Below the pieces are notes generated by a model, which made no database searches, was not told the DNA's origin, and saw nothing but the letters and a program-made list of their open reading frames with translations. This document shows, piece by piece, positions 43,003 to 56,700 of a DNA stretch of 64,000 bases. Numbering within the stretch: the first letter of the stretch is position 1; each line of letters starts with the position of its first letter. Position numbers and translations under genes: made by a program. This DNA is from Nemertoderma westbladi (Eukaryota; Animalia; Xenacoelomorpha). Location of the stretch: positions 124,001-188,000 of the forward strand of contig JAUCBJ010007289.1 of NCBI GenBank assembly GCA_032718475.1. The letters are read 5' to 3'.

Positions 43003-46000
43003 ATGAGTGTCTCAGAGAAGGAGGCACTAGAAGACAGCTATGAGACGGCGGCAGGACCGCCGACTGACGATAGCGTTAATATTACTGTTGACGACAATGC
43101 CGACTATGACGATGCAGCGAGCGACGCTGACATAAGTGAACAGGAGGACGAGACAGTAACTAGTGAGGAAGAACCACCAGAGGTATTAGTATTAGGATCC
43201 CCTACCGCTACTGTAAGGAAGGATTGTACAGCAACCCGGCCATAGGTGAGTGATAGGGAGGGTAGTGTAGCAGAAGCGAGAGCCAGGAGCCCGGTTTCCA
43301 GACCTGTGGGTATGGTAAGTGCCGTGGTCCCAGCGGCTGTAAGGAGTACCCGTAGTTCCCGAAATAATCCTTCAAGTCCACCAAGTGTGAGTCAGGTAAG
43401 CGAAAGAGAACTCGAAATCGCGATAAAGAAGAAACTTCGCGCGCATGCCGGACATATAACTCGGACGGCGGACAAGGTAAGGAAGATGTTAGCCGACTCA
43501 GCGAACATCGGAAGGGAAGGGTTAGTAGAGATTGGAAAGGGATACAACTCAGCGTTATTCAAGCAGACGGAGGAGCTTGCAGTCCTAGCAAAGAAGGAAG
43601 TAGAGTCTCAGTCGAGCAACGTGGCGACGAGGATTTACGACAGGGTTTTAGCAGCCTTGTTGGAGCACCGCGCGTAATCGGAGCGATTTTGACGAGTTAG
43701 GACGGAGAACTGGCTGCTATGGGCATCACAAGCGCAGGCGACTCAGGTGAGTGACGCAGAGTCGAGAGATTTAGTGGAGTGGGAAGAAACGCAAGATAAG
43801 GAGGAGCGCCGTTATCAGCGGGAAGTTACCAGCTGGTTGATGCAGAGTGGAGTGGTGGTACCGGGTCAGGTGCTACCGACGACGGAGAACATTCAACAGA
43901 GAACGTTAACTCCACCCGATGACGCATCTAGAGACAGTGGCGATTCCCAGGTTAGTCACGCGCGAGGGAAAGTTATATGTGCTAGATCCCTCGTTTCTCA
44001 CAACTCGGCGGAGGAGAGAAGACGCCAACTGGACGAACAGCAGGCAGAAGTTTTGCGTGCATCGGAAGCACGGAAGGAAGCCGAGCGGGAATGGGAGCGC
44101 ACACGTAAGTTAGACGCAAAGTTGCGAGAGTTGGAAGACAAAGGTAAGCGTGAGCAAGCACAGGAAGAACGAGAACTCCAACTTGAACGCGAACGCAAAG
44201 AGCGCGAACTCCAACTCGAACGCGAACGCAAAGAACGCGAACTCCTACTCGAACACGAACGCGAAGAATGCAAACTCCAACTCCAACGCGAACGGGAAGC
44301 TAAGGAACGCGAGCAAAGAAGACGCGAACGCCAACTCGAACGCAAGCGCAAGGAGCGCGAACTTGAGCTCGAGAGGGAGCGACGGGCGTTGTATGAAGAA
44401 AAGGCGCGAGTGGAAGAAGAGAGCGCAGCGAGATGAGCGAGGGAAGAAGAAGAACGTAAACTGGCGCAGTTGGAAAGTGCGAGATTAAATTTAGAGAGCA
44501 AAGAACGGACCAGGACGGCAAATGAAATCGCCGAGAAGGGGATGCGAATGATCGAAGAATGTGGAGCGAGTGTAGGGACTGAGTTGCGAGAACTGTTCGC
44601 ACTACAGAAGGCCGAACAGGGAGCGAGAACTCCGACCACACGCGAGTCAACGACGACCAGAATTCCTATACCCGGTCCAGCTATTATGAGTACACGGATC
44701 GCTAAACCGTTCTCTACATATCGCACACCAGTTGGTATTAGTGCTTCACCTATCGCGCAGAATCCAGCGCATCATCGCACCGCACCACTATACACCGAAC
44801 GAGACAATGAAGAGTTTAGAGGAGAAACTCCGACGGGCCGAGTATTGGGCGAACCGAACCCGCGGGTTTGGAATACGCGGACGGAGCGCCGACCCAGTTC
44901 GACGGAGAACTTCCGGGTTAAACTGGAAGAGGGATCATATGAGAGACAGCGGATTACTCAGATAGAGCCGACTATACAACAGAACCCTAGCCAGGAATTT
45001 ATTACGAGGGATGAGTTAAGTGCTAGTTTAGCGGAAGCTATATCACCGCACATCCAACCTATAACGGACATGCTTAGTAACCTACGGTTAAAGGAAGCAG
45101 CCCAGGTAAGAAGTAATTCTAATCCTAGCAGGCCTGAGTTAGATAAAGTCCAACCTAGTCAACGAGTACGTATATCGGAGGCAACTATACCACATAGACC
45201 TCAGGTAAGGACGCCTGTCCCGACTATCCATAATCCCGATTTCGAAAATTCAGCCGAAAGGTTTATTCAGGATGCTTGGGTCAGGGCCTCGGCGCGCAAA
45301 CCAACACGAGCGCTAAGGACTGACACAGAATCGAGCGATGAAGAGAAAGACATGAGACGTCAGAAGTCCCGAAACTATAAGGAAAGAAGGACGGACGCGG
45401 AGCAGGTAAGTTTGAACCACCGGGAAAGGACCAGACTTAACAACCCTGCGGAACTAAACCATTTGTTAACCCGGAACGACGCAACCCTTAGGGACATAGG
45501 TAAGTTTGCTGCTAGGCAAGGACTGCCGACGCAACAACCCCAGAAGTTTATGGGTAACCACAAGCACTGGAGGACTTTCAAAACCTATGTCGACGAGCAG
45601 CTAACCAACAGCACCTTTACTCCCAACGAGAAGTTCAACTATTTGCTTCAGATGCTCTATCGAGAACCTAGAGCCATTGCTGATAACTTCGTCGGTAATG
45701 AAAGGGCATTTGAGTTGGCAATGAAGACGCTTAGCGACATCTACAGGAATAAAACCAAGATGGCACAGTCGATAGTAGAAGACTTGGGTAAGGGCGGAAG
45801 GATTACAACTCCGTTAGAGCTGTTGAACCTAGCGAACGCTATTTCGAACGCATTAGACATCTTGAGGACGGTGAATCTACCTCATCATGGTGATCACGCC
45901 GAAGTTTTGAAGAGCGTAATAAGACGTTTAAACATGCGTTACAGACAGAAATGGCGCAAATTAGAGAATAAGTTGGAGGGTCAAGGTAAGGTGTTGACAC

Positions 46001-49000
46001 TTCAACATATTCATGATATGATAGCCACAGACGCAGTAGCAGAGATGAAATCAAACTTCTCAGAGGAGAATATGAGAGAGTCTAAACCTGTTACCAGTAA
46101 GTCTATGGTAAGTTTTGACGATGACAGGACCACTGTGACATTTAGCTCAGTAGACAGATATAATTCGAGTACCCCAGCCTTTAGATCAGACTCGCGAGTA
46201 TGGTCAGGTGAGCGGTTAGATAGACCTAGGTTAAAGCAACAGGAGTTGCCGGATGGATTCGTAGGTTGCCAATACTGTTTACTAAAGGAGGTAAGATCTG
46301 ACGACCATAAATTAGATAGTTGCAGACGGTTCAAAGAATTAAATTCGGAACAGAGAAGAGTTCAAGTGCGGACGTTGGACACCTGTTGGGCATGTCTTGC
46401 GCCAGGTCATGTACGGCGGCAGTGCCCGAACAGCAAGGACGGATGCATGGAATGCGGCAGACTACATCACAAGTTGCTACATGCGGATTTCCACACCCCA
46501 ACGGACCGTTACTTACAGCGAAATCCTCACAGGAAGGGGAGCAAAGAACCCGTATTGATAAGAAGGAATACGTATACCGGCATTCAGGACGATGGTTACC
46601 AACCAGGTTCGTCGGACGCGGATGGCGAGTCGAGCGCGAGAGAGGTGACCTGCCAAGGTTTCACTGCGGATAGTTCATCAACCAGCGCGCGAACGTATTT
46701 ATCATCGGCCACATCGGAAATATTTAGCGTGATTCCGGTGAAACTTACTGGAGATAAGGGATCGAAGCGAATATATGTGATGTTGGACACTGCGTCCACA
46801 TTATCGTATATCGACGAGGAAGTGGCGAGAGCCGTTTCTAGCTTCCAGGACGCAGAGGAGATCCAAATAGAGTTGAAGTCTATGCACGGGGTAGGAGACC
46901 TCAAGGGACACAGAATTTCGGTAGAACTAGACTCCCTACTTCCAAGAGACCAACATACTCGACAAGAACAGAGAGCTTTGCCATTGGACAGATTCAAGTG
47001 TCTAGCCATGAAGGGGTTCGGCAGGCAGTTAGGTAAGGTGCCACCGATGAGTCCCATAGCACAGGAGTATTTTGACAAACTCAGAATACCCAGACACCAG
47101 GTAGGTTATAGGAATGTTTCTATGTTGATTGGTTCAGAACAGCTGATCGCACACCAGATATGGGAAACGAGACCAGCTGAGCCGCATGTAAATGGACTAC
47201 ATGCCCATAGGACTATACTAGGTTGGTATACAAGAGTACCCATGCCTTATGAGTTTACAGGTGGCGACAAGCCAATAGATAGATACGACGAATTACAGCC
47301 TATAACTGAACCACCGTTAGTAGAACCACCAGACATTGACGAGTTTAGGAGAGCCTGTATTCGATCGAGTCCATCTTGATAAACTTCTATATGGACGACG
47401 GATTGGTGTCCAAGGACACAGCAGAACAAGCCATACAAGTGGCTCACGGCCTGCAGGAGTGCTTGGCTACAGGGGGTTTCCCTCTGACCAAGTTCACTAC
47501 GAACTCGGAGGCCCTATTAGAGTCGTTCCCGGTAAAAGATCGCGGGAGCGGAGACATAGAATTGGGGGTAGAACCCATCCCCATGGCGCGAGTACTGGGA
47601 CTCGCTTGGAACCCGAACACGGATAAATTCCAGGTAAGAGTTAGGTTTGAGCCCAGTAGCCCAGACAAAGTTTTGACAAAGAGAATTTGCTTATCGACGT
47701 TAAGTAGACTATTTGACCCGATGAACTTTATCAGTCCGGTAATATTACAGGCACGAGCATGCATGAGGAAAATTTGGTTGGTTGTCCGACTTAGAGTGGA
47801 ACGAACCAATATCTCCTATACATGCAAAGCAGTGGAGAGAGTGGGAAGCCGAGTTGCATCTATTGAAAAATATAGGTGTACCCCGTTCCTACTTTCCGAA
47901 TCAGCTGGTATTCCCAGCTGATCTCGAACTCCATCTATTCAGTGACGCAAGTGACACCGGCTTCGGTATGGTAGCCTACCTTCGCCGAGAGGTGAGTCAG
48001 GATAAATTTGAGACGGCTTTTGTGACTTCTAGATCAAAGACAATGCCGGTCAAATATATGACTGTCCCTCGTGCAGAGTTACAGGCGGCAGTAGTTTCAG
48101 TTGAGGTAAGTAAGCAGATAACAGAGGAGTTAGACACGACATTGACCTTATTCTATTGGACGGACGCATCCTTAGTGTTAGTATACATTGCGGCCGACAA
48201 TATTGCACTAAAGACATTTGTGGCCAACAGACGCACTCAGATCGTTAACTTTTCGATGAAGGAACAATGGAGACATTGTCCGGGAGTGTTGAACCCGGCC
48301 GACATAACTTTGAGAGGTGCAATGCCGGCGGAATTCTGTCAGGAAGAGTCTCAAGAGTTTTGGTTGCATGGACCTGATTTTCTAACGAGGACACAGGAAC
48401 ATTGGCCAGAGCGACTAAAGATAGTGACCAATCCGATGCCTGAAGATGCAGAAGTCAAAGTGGAGAAAGTCTCTAAGTCAAAGTCTAAAGCCAAACTCAA
48501 GTCATTGGAGCGGCCTGAAGAGTCATTGGAGCGGCCTGAAGAGTCATTGGAGCGGCCCGGAGACCTGTCAGACCTACAGACTTACGTGACTACTAGGTCC
48601 GGAAGGGTAAGTTATGACATAAAATCACCCTTACAGACTAAACCAGAGTCACAATTGGTAAGTGACGGACAGAAAATGACCGACAAAATGGAGCCTTTGG
48701 TTTCCAAACCTGCGGGTTTGGATTCGAAACTTCCATTAGTTAGCGGACAACCGTTGCTGGCATTAGAGCCATGTAGTATTTATGACAAATTACTAAATTC
48801 GTCTGCCTCTTGGCTGACAATTTGTAAAAGAACTGCGTGGTTAAGCCGATACATTTCGTACCTTTGTATAAAACATTTTGAACATTTGGGAGAACAAATG
48901 AGCACTAATAGTGAGCGAATTCGGAAATTGAAACAACCTCTGACAGAGGATGATATTGATCAAGTGGAATTAAAGCATTTGAAGCACTATCAAATGTGTG

Positions 49001-50155
49001 CCTTCCCAAAAGAATTCTATCTATTATCGGCTCAACGACCAGTTCTCTATAAACCCCTTAGAAAATGGAGTCCATTAATCCATAAGGGTTTGATTTGTCA
49101 TAGATCGAGAATCCAGACTGTCGACATAAACTCACAGTTTAGGTTCCCAGTGATAATCCCTAGTCACCCAATAGAATTGCAAAGAGCGATTCTATGGGAT
49201 ATACACAAGAGGTTGCATCATGCGGGAAAGTTACACTGTTTGTCGGCAGCGAGACAGCGATTCATTCTATTGCAGCCAAGCAGGGCAGTCGGCACTATGT
49301 ATGACGCCTGTCTGGTTTGCAAGAGGGTGAATGCCAGAGTATTGGAACAGGAGATGGCTGAACTCCGGGAAGTGAGAGTGCAGGCATATGACCCACCCTT
49401 TACGAACACAGGGGTGGATTGTTTTGGTCCGATTGAGGCAAAGAGTGGACGGCTGACCCACAAGCGATGGGGCCTGCTACTGACATGCATGGCTAGTAGA
49501 GCCATACATATTGAGCGTGTGGCAGACATGTCGACCAAATCTCTGCTCCTTGCCTTAAAGAGATTTATGGCCAGGAGAGGACTAGTAAAGGCGTTCTACT
49601 CCGATAAGGGTACACACTTTGTTGGAGGGAACAGCGAGTTAAACGCGGCTCACAAAGCAGCACAGAATAAAGAAATCTCTGCAGCACTTTTGCCGCAAAG
49701 AATAGAGTGGAGATTTAATACTCCAGAAAGTCCTTGGAGAGGAGGAAGTTGGAAGCGTTTAGTTCGCTCTGTAAAGCAGGCCATTGCCAAAACGTTGCCT
49801 GTAAACAAACAACTTACCGACGACGAACTGGTCACAGCTTTCATCGAAATCGAGCATACACTAAACTTGAGGCTGATAGCTATGTTGCCAGACGGTGTTG
49901 CATTAACGCCAAATCATTTGCTAATGCAGAGTCCAGCATTTCTTGTGCCGGCATCAGAACCCGTTAGTGCCGACCTATATAGTCGTAAGAGCTGGAAAAT
50001 AACACAATTAGTCGCGTACACATTCTGGGAATATTGGCGGGAATACTATCTTGCCACCATATCCACCAGATCAAAGTGGTACAAAACGGTTCGGAGTCTC
50101 CAAAGGGGAGATTATGTATTGATAACCGAGCCTATTGTCAAGAGAAAGTACTGGG
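43003..50155 (+). pseudogene. BEL/Pao element 1 gag-pol polyprotein, inactivated
   Basis: One frame from 43003 to 47379 with in-frame stops (43243, 43675, 43690, 44434). E/R-rich coiled coil; PQKFMG capsid motif; three Zn knuckles (CQYC…H…C, CWAC…H…C, CMEC…HH…H); protease LDTAS; RT FYMDD; RNase H FSDAS/RAELQAA/WTDA/NPAD; integrase VDCFGP/SDKG/WKRLV. Confidence 0.93.
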
Positions 50156-50692
50156 TGTTAGCTTATTCAATCCCGCCAACACCCCATAAAGTTATTAGCC
50201 GATAAGCAATATTGGGAGCCACGAGATTGGGTAATTAACCAACTCGCGCCATCCCAATAAGAATGGGAAGGAAGCACACAATAGAGGGTCAGGGGCCAAA
50301 CCCCTAACCCAAGGAGAACAAGTGGAGTGAACGGGAATACTCCACGGGGCGCCAACAAGGGTATTAACCAATCAGAGGGGGGAATGGCATCGATTGAGTA
50401 GCAGTAAGGCCACCGTGCAATATAACCAATAACCTACTAATCAGTGATTCAGTTATCTCAGTGCAGCAGTGCTAGCGTAGGGTACAGCCAATTAGTTTAG
50501 TTAGGGGATCACGGGACTTTAGTTACCGTATCCCGCCTTGTACACATTCACAACATATCTATATCTTATAACCTCCTATTATACACCGAACTTCAGAACT
50601 CAATTATCTTTACTTCACCCTTACACACGGCGGGGACGCGTGGACTAAATACCACACCGGATAAATCGGGATCCCTCCTGGATCCCGTCACA
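50156..50692 (+). repeat. 5' LTR of BEL/Pao element 2 (537 bp)
   Basis: TGT…ACA ends, boundaries confirmed by the homologous solo LTR at 33373-33958. TATAA near 50421 followed by TCAGT initiator-like motifs. Confidence 0.85.
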
Positions 50693-50777
50693 GTAACTAA
50701 AACCAAGCTGCCGCCCTAGTTAAACTCTAAGAACTACCGGTACAACCTAGCTAGCCGAATCATCAGCCACAAACGAG

Positions 50778-53700
50778 ATGAGTGAATCGGGCGAGACACC
50801 GACGCGGACCCCGGACGAAGACCTAACGATCCGCGAGGCCGCGACCAAGCGATACAGGCCCACGACGCCGGAGCCATCGATAACGGGCGAACCGGAAGTC
50901 CAGGACGAGGAGGGCCTGGAACCCGAAGTCGAGCCAAGAGAGAGAGAGAGCGAGACGGAGGGAGAGGGAGATGAGTCGACACGGAACGGAGAACGGCGCG
51001 CCGATGTCGCCGGCCAGCTACCGGCCGAGGGCGACGAGCGGCCCACCGAAACGGCGACGGTGGGGCCGACGGTGCGACGCCGGACACGAAGAGACGGAGG
51101 AGAGATCGGTACCGATGTCGCCGGCCAGCTACAGGCCGAGGGCGACGGACGGCCCACCGGAACGGCGACGGTGGAGCCGCCGGTACGACGTCGAACCCGG
51201 AGGGACGGAGGAGAGGTCGGCGACGAGGACGTCGGGGTTTCTGACCGACTTCGACAGGCCTACAACGCGACCCGGAAGCTGATAAACGACGCCAAGAAGG
51301 AAGGGGCGAAGATAGACGAGGTGAGACTGAGAAAGCGACTAGGTGAGTCGGATAGACACTTAAATTACCTGATACGTTTTGGGCAGAGAGAACTAGCCGG
51401 GGAGAGAGCAAATGGAATTGCAGGCGAACTGTTTGAACTATGGGAGTGTGGGAGTATGGGACCTAGCGTAGCACCAGTGTACATAGGGCCATACTTGGTC
51501 GATGCCCGGGGAGTGAAACCAGTGGGTTGGAAGGGACCTGAAGAGGGCGAATCCGAGGTTAACACCGAGGATTCGGCCTCGTCGGTCGGAGAAAGCTCCG
51601 AAAAGGGGGAGAAAGTTAGTAGGTCGGGAAGGCGGGGGAAGTCCGTCGTAACCGATAAGTCTGCTACATCCTCCGCGAAAGAAAGAGCGGTGAGAAAAAT
51701 AGGGGCCACATACCGTCTCAGCATGGCAGAGCAAGGTCAGAGAGAAATGAAGGAACGGCTAGAGGAGGGAAGAGTGCGGTTAGAGAGGGAAACGGTATTG
51801 CTTAGAGAAACCGGAGAAAGGGCCGAAAGGGCTTTGAAAAGCCTAAGGGAGTATGATGAGATAGAGGAAAGGGAGTGTAGAGAGCGTGAAGCGAGAGAGG
51901 AAAAGGAACGCGAGGAGCGTGAAGCGAGAGAGGAAAAGGAACGCGAGGAGCGTGAGGCGAGAATGGAAAAGGAACGCAAGGAGCGTGAGGCGGAACGCAA
52001 GGAGCGTGAGGCGGAACGCGAGGAGCGTGAAGCGAGAGAGGAAAAGGAACGCGAGGAGCGTGAGGCGAGAATGGAAAAGGAACGCAAGGAGCGCGAGGCG
52101 GAACGCAAGGAGCGTGAGGCGGAACGCAAGGAGCGTGAGGCGGGAATGGAAAAGGAACGCAAGGAGCGTGAGGCGGGAAAGGAAAAGGAACGCAAGGAGC
52201 GTGAGGCGAGAAAGGAAGAGGAACGTAAAGAGCGTGGGGCGAGACGAAGGGAGAGCATTAAGAGTGCCGCAGACTCGGCCATCAAGGACACCCAGGAGCG
52301 TGAGGGGATAGTGGCAAAGGGTGAAAAGGAGCACAAGGAATTAAAGGAACGGCAGAGTGAGTATGCGAAAAATATAATTAGAGGGACGCACGAGTTGGAA
52401 TACGTGCGAGTGGGACCGCCGTCTGAAACTGGGGCCCGCTCGAGTATTTTTGAGGAGCCGAGGGCCGTAGACGTATTTGTTAATACTCCACTGACAGGGA
52501 CCGCACGACAGACTCAAGACTGGTGCGACCGTACGAGCGGGGGGGGGGTAATAATAATAATAATGGTACAGTAGACGTTGTTAATATTAATAGTACCGTA
52601 TGGGATAACGCTAATCAAACCTTTATTACAGGAAATACTTTGCCTGGTGGTAGTAATTTAAATTTAAATCAGAACGATCCCAGTGTTAATGTAGAAAATA
52701 ATCCTAATATTGATGTAGTTACGCAAAATAATTCAAATAATCAAAATAATAACTCGAATTCGGACCTACAAAATAACTTAAATAACGCAATTACACAGAA
52801 TAATTCGAATAATTCAAATAATGATCTTAGCCCGAATTTACAAAATAATTCAGATAACGTAGTCGCGCAGAATAATACAAATGATTTTATTTCAAATGAG
52901 CAAATTAGTTCCGTTTCCAATATGGGTGCTATTAATGTAAATACGTCTGGCCTACATAGTAGACAGGTTAGTAGACAGGGAGCAGAGGGCCTGGTAGGCC
53001 ACGTAGTTAGTAGACAGGGAGCAGAGGGCCTGGTAGGCCACGTAGTTAGTAGACAGGAAGCAGAGGGCCTGGTAGGCCACGTAGTTAGTAGACAGGGAGC
53101 AGAGGGCCTGGTAGGCCACGTAGTTGGTAGGCAGGGAGTAGAGGGTCCAGTAGGCCACGCAATAGCAGAGGGAGAGGCGAGGGTGAATAGACCCGACTGT
53201 GGTAGGGTTGATGTGTCGACTAGAGAGATATATAGTAGCGGGGCGAGAGGTAGCGAAGTTAGATGTAGCGAGTGGGGGGGGGGGCTACGAGCACCCCACA
53301 ACAGAAAGTTAGCGGCGAGAAGGGGGGGGCAGAGAGTGTCCCACAGCCGTCAGCGGACAATGCGAGGGCCGAACAAGGTAAACCGCAACAACCGGCGACG
53401 GAAAGTAATAGGGGGATTGCGAGTATCCCCAGCGACGTGCGATCGAGCAGAGAAAGACAGGTTGACGTCGCGGGAGGGCAGACGGAGCGTCGAGCCCGAT
53501 CAGAGGAGGAAAGAAGAACAGTGGGGTTTAACCGGGAGGTCGACGAGAGATCTCGTGAGCGGGAATATTCCACTGATAGAAGAAGAGAGGAAGAGAGTAG
53601 TAGAAGTATCGCCGCAAAAGATAGAAGAGCGAGGACAGACAGCGAGCCGTCGGTAGTCGAGATGAGAACGGAGAGTCAGTGGGGTCGGACTCCGGGAGAT

Positions 53701-56700
53701 TGCCGTCGCCCCGGAGGGATGCGATCCGATGAGACGCATTACACGCCGAGAGAGGGGTACGCGATGTACCGGTACGAAGATGAAAACGGTGGAGAGGGGG
53801 GTCGAAGAGAAACTTTCCGACGGAATATACCTACCGATCGAGAATACGGTAGCCGCAGGGAGGATTGTTCGAGAAGAATAAACTTCGATCCCGAGCAACA
53901 CATGCAGACTGTGGGGCATACTGTAGGTCTTACTGCACATACCGTAGGCCATACTGAGAGAGGCGATGTAGGCGATAGGATAGCGCGGACAACGGGATTA
54001 AACCCGGAAGTCGCGGAATACATACCGGCGGGTAGGCCAGAAGCTGATAGGCCTATACCGGTACCAGCACAGCAGTATGACTACAGCATGCAGGGACATA
54101 ACATATACCCAGGGGAGGGGGGAATTATTGCGGATAGGTGTATGGGCCCCAACATACTAACATCAACCCCAGTACCAGACATACCGGTGGGGGGGGGACA
54201 GGGTGACATTCCCCCATCACAATATCAACAATATACCCCGACAGGAACAAGAACAACGAGACCCCTAGATGAAAACAGGTCGTGTGATACAGACATATGG
54301 AGGGGGCCGCTACCCCCGATGACATATCCGAGTCAGAGAAGATCAAGAAATAGGACGGACGAACCGCACCAGACAAGGGAAACTATACAGCACCCGTCGA
54401 ATCCATTAGAAGCGCAGGCAATGGGGATGGCCACGTTGATCGATGCGTTGAAAACGAGGATCGAATTACCACCCGTGGAACCGTTCAAATTCGATGGGAG
54501 CAGGCCGGAAGAATACTTACAGTTTCGGCGAATGTATAGTAACGAAATACTAACAAAAAACTTGACGCAGGCAGAGTGCCTAAAGTATCTACAAGTGTAC
54601 ATGGGAGGCCCAGCATACGATATCGTGAGGCAATACCAGGGAATAGAGGGCGGCTTCACGACAGCATGGCGGGCACTGGATAGGGAATACGGGCACCCGG
54701 CCAAGATCATCAGGCAGACGCTGAGAGGCATAACATCGGGTGGCCTACAGGATAATCCCGTTAGCATTAAGACGTTTGCTAACAAAGTCGAGAAGGCGCT
54801 GATCGTGCTGAAGACGCTAGACGCGCCATATGAACTCAACGCGTCCAATAACATCACCACGATAGCGCAGGCACTACCGAGCTGGCTGCGCAACAAATGG
54901 AGGAAGATCGCTTTCTCCACCCGAGACAAAAAGGGTGCGGAACCAGGTTTAGAAGAAATGTCAAACTTCTTAAATTACGAGGCTGAACTAATAACGGACC
55001 CAGTTTATAGTGAAGATAGCCTGGGAAAGGGACCAAAGACAGATCATTACAGGCCCAAACCAGAGCACAATACATCGAACGCGTTACCGAGACTCAGGCA
55101 ATCATTGCCATATGCAGCGACGCAGGGGACTGCAAGTCCACAGACAAGCGAAGATAAGACAACATCAAGGGACGGACAGGGGAGCAATAACAACATGAAT
55201 AAACATAACCCCAGTACGTCCAGTAGGTCAAACCCAGTCAATAAGAATAGTAGGGACTTTGGTACGAATATAACTGCGATACGCAATGCATTATATAAAG
55301 AGGGCTACGACCCAAAGAGCAAATGCCAGTTACACGCAAATGCGCTTCATAAAACCATGAACTGCAGGTACTGGCAGGCGCTACCGAGGCAAGACCAGAT
55401 AGATTACGCGTCGAGCAATAAAATCTGCTCGCGATGTGTGAAGAGTGGACACAAGGCCAGGGAATGCCAAGAGAAACCGGTCAAGTTTGGCCAAAGGAGA
55501 GGCCAGACGATGGCAACGAGCACAGTAGGGGCGAAGAAGAGAGGAACAGTGCTACTTGGAGTAGTACCAGTACGAGTGATCGGGGAAGGCAATCGATCAG
55601 TAACAACACTAATGCTGGTTGATGGTGGAGCTGCCTTCACATTAGTTGAGGAATGGGTAGCCGAAGAAATAGGGTTGAGAACGAGGCCAAGCAGGATGGC
55701 GGTGACAACCATCTCTAGTAAAGACGAGATCCTAGAGATGAGGACAGGACGGTGCGCAATTGCAGCAGTGGCACCAGGATGCGATTATGGGGCAACCATC
55801 GACCCCATCCAAGTAATAGAGTCAATTAACATCAATGCCAGGCGGCCAACCAACATCGAGGTCGAGCAATACAAATTCCTGGATAACATTGACTTCTCAA
55901 TCCCAAACGTGGACGTTAGGAAGGTATCCATCATAGTAGGCATGGACTGCCCAACGGCCCACGAGAGAATGCAAACGGTCTTCGGCGAAGACAAGCAGAG
56001 CGACCCGGTGGCCATATTAACGCCATTCGGGTGGACGCTGAGTGGTCCAATTAAGAGCAAGATACCATTCAGGATGTCGGAGACATCAGGATGCATGTTC
56101 GCGGGAACAATGCAGGAAATGGGTGACGAGGGAGCAGAGGAGCAGCTTAAAAGACTGCTCAGACAGGACTTCGAGGGACTGAAAGAGACCGGGGTCGGGA
56201 CCTCGGTAGAAGACAAGCAGGCTTTACAAAGTGTGGAGGAATCGATGACGTGTGATGAGGGGCGGTATACAATAGGAATGGTGTGGAAACTACCGAAGAT
56301 ACCGCTACCCGATAATAGAGGGATGGTACTCACGAGACTCCGCAAGCTGAAACAAACACTACAACGGAGCCCCGAGAAGAACGAGTACATTCACAAAACC
56401 ATTAAGAAGTACGTCGAGAAAGGATGGGCCGTGGAGTTACCGGTCGACGAACCGAACACGGACAGGACATACTACCTGCCACTCCACGTAGCTTTAGACC
56501 CAAAGAAAGGTAAACTTAGGATGGTAGTCGATGCATCGGCAAAGACCGACGGAAAGTGCTTAAACGATTACCTACTAGAGGGCCCAAACATATACAATTC
56601 GGGCATAGAAGTACTACTTAGATTTAGGAATGGGAAACACGCCTTCACGTGTGACATAGAAGGCATGTTCAACCAAGTCCGAGTAACAGAGGAAGATAGC

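Larger units (their letters stand above)
39683..50155 (+). mobile_element. BEL/Pao LTR retrotransposon 1 (decayed), truncated here by nested insertion of element 2
   Basis: gag-PR-RT-RH-IN order with Pao-type motifs (see the pseudogene feature). Integrase is cut at …KRKYW(G)|TGTTAGC. Confidence 0.92.
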
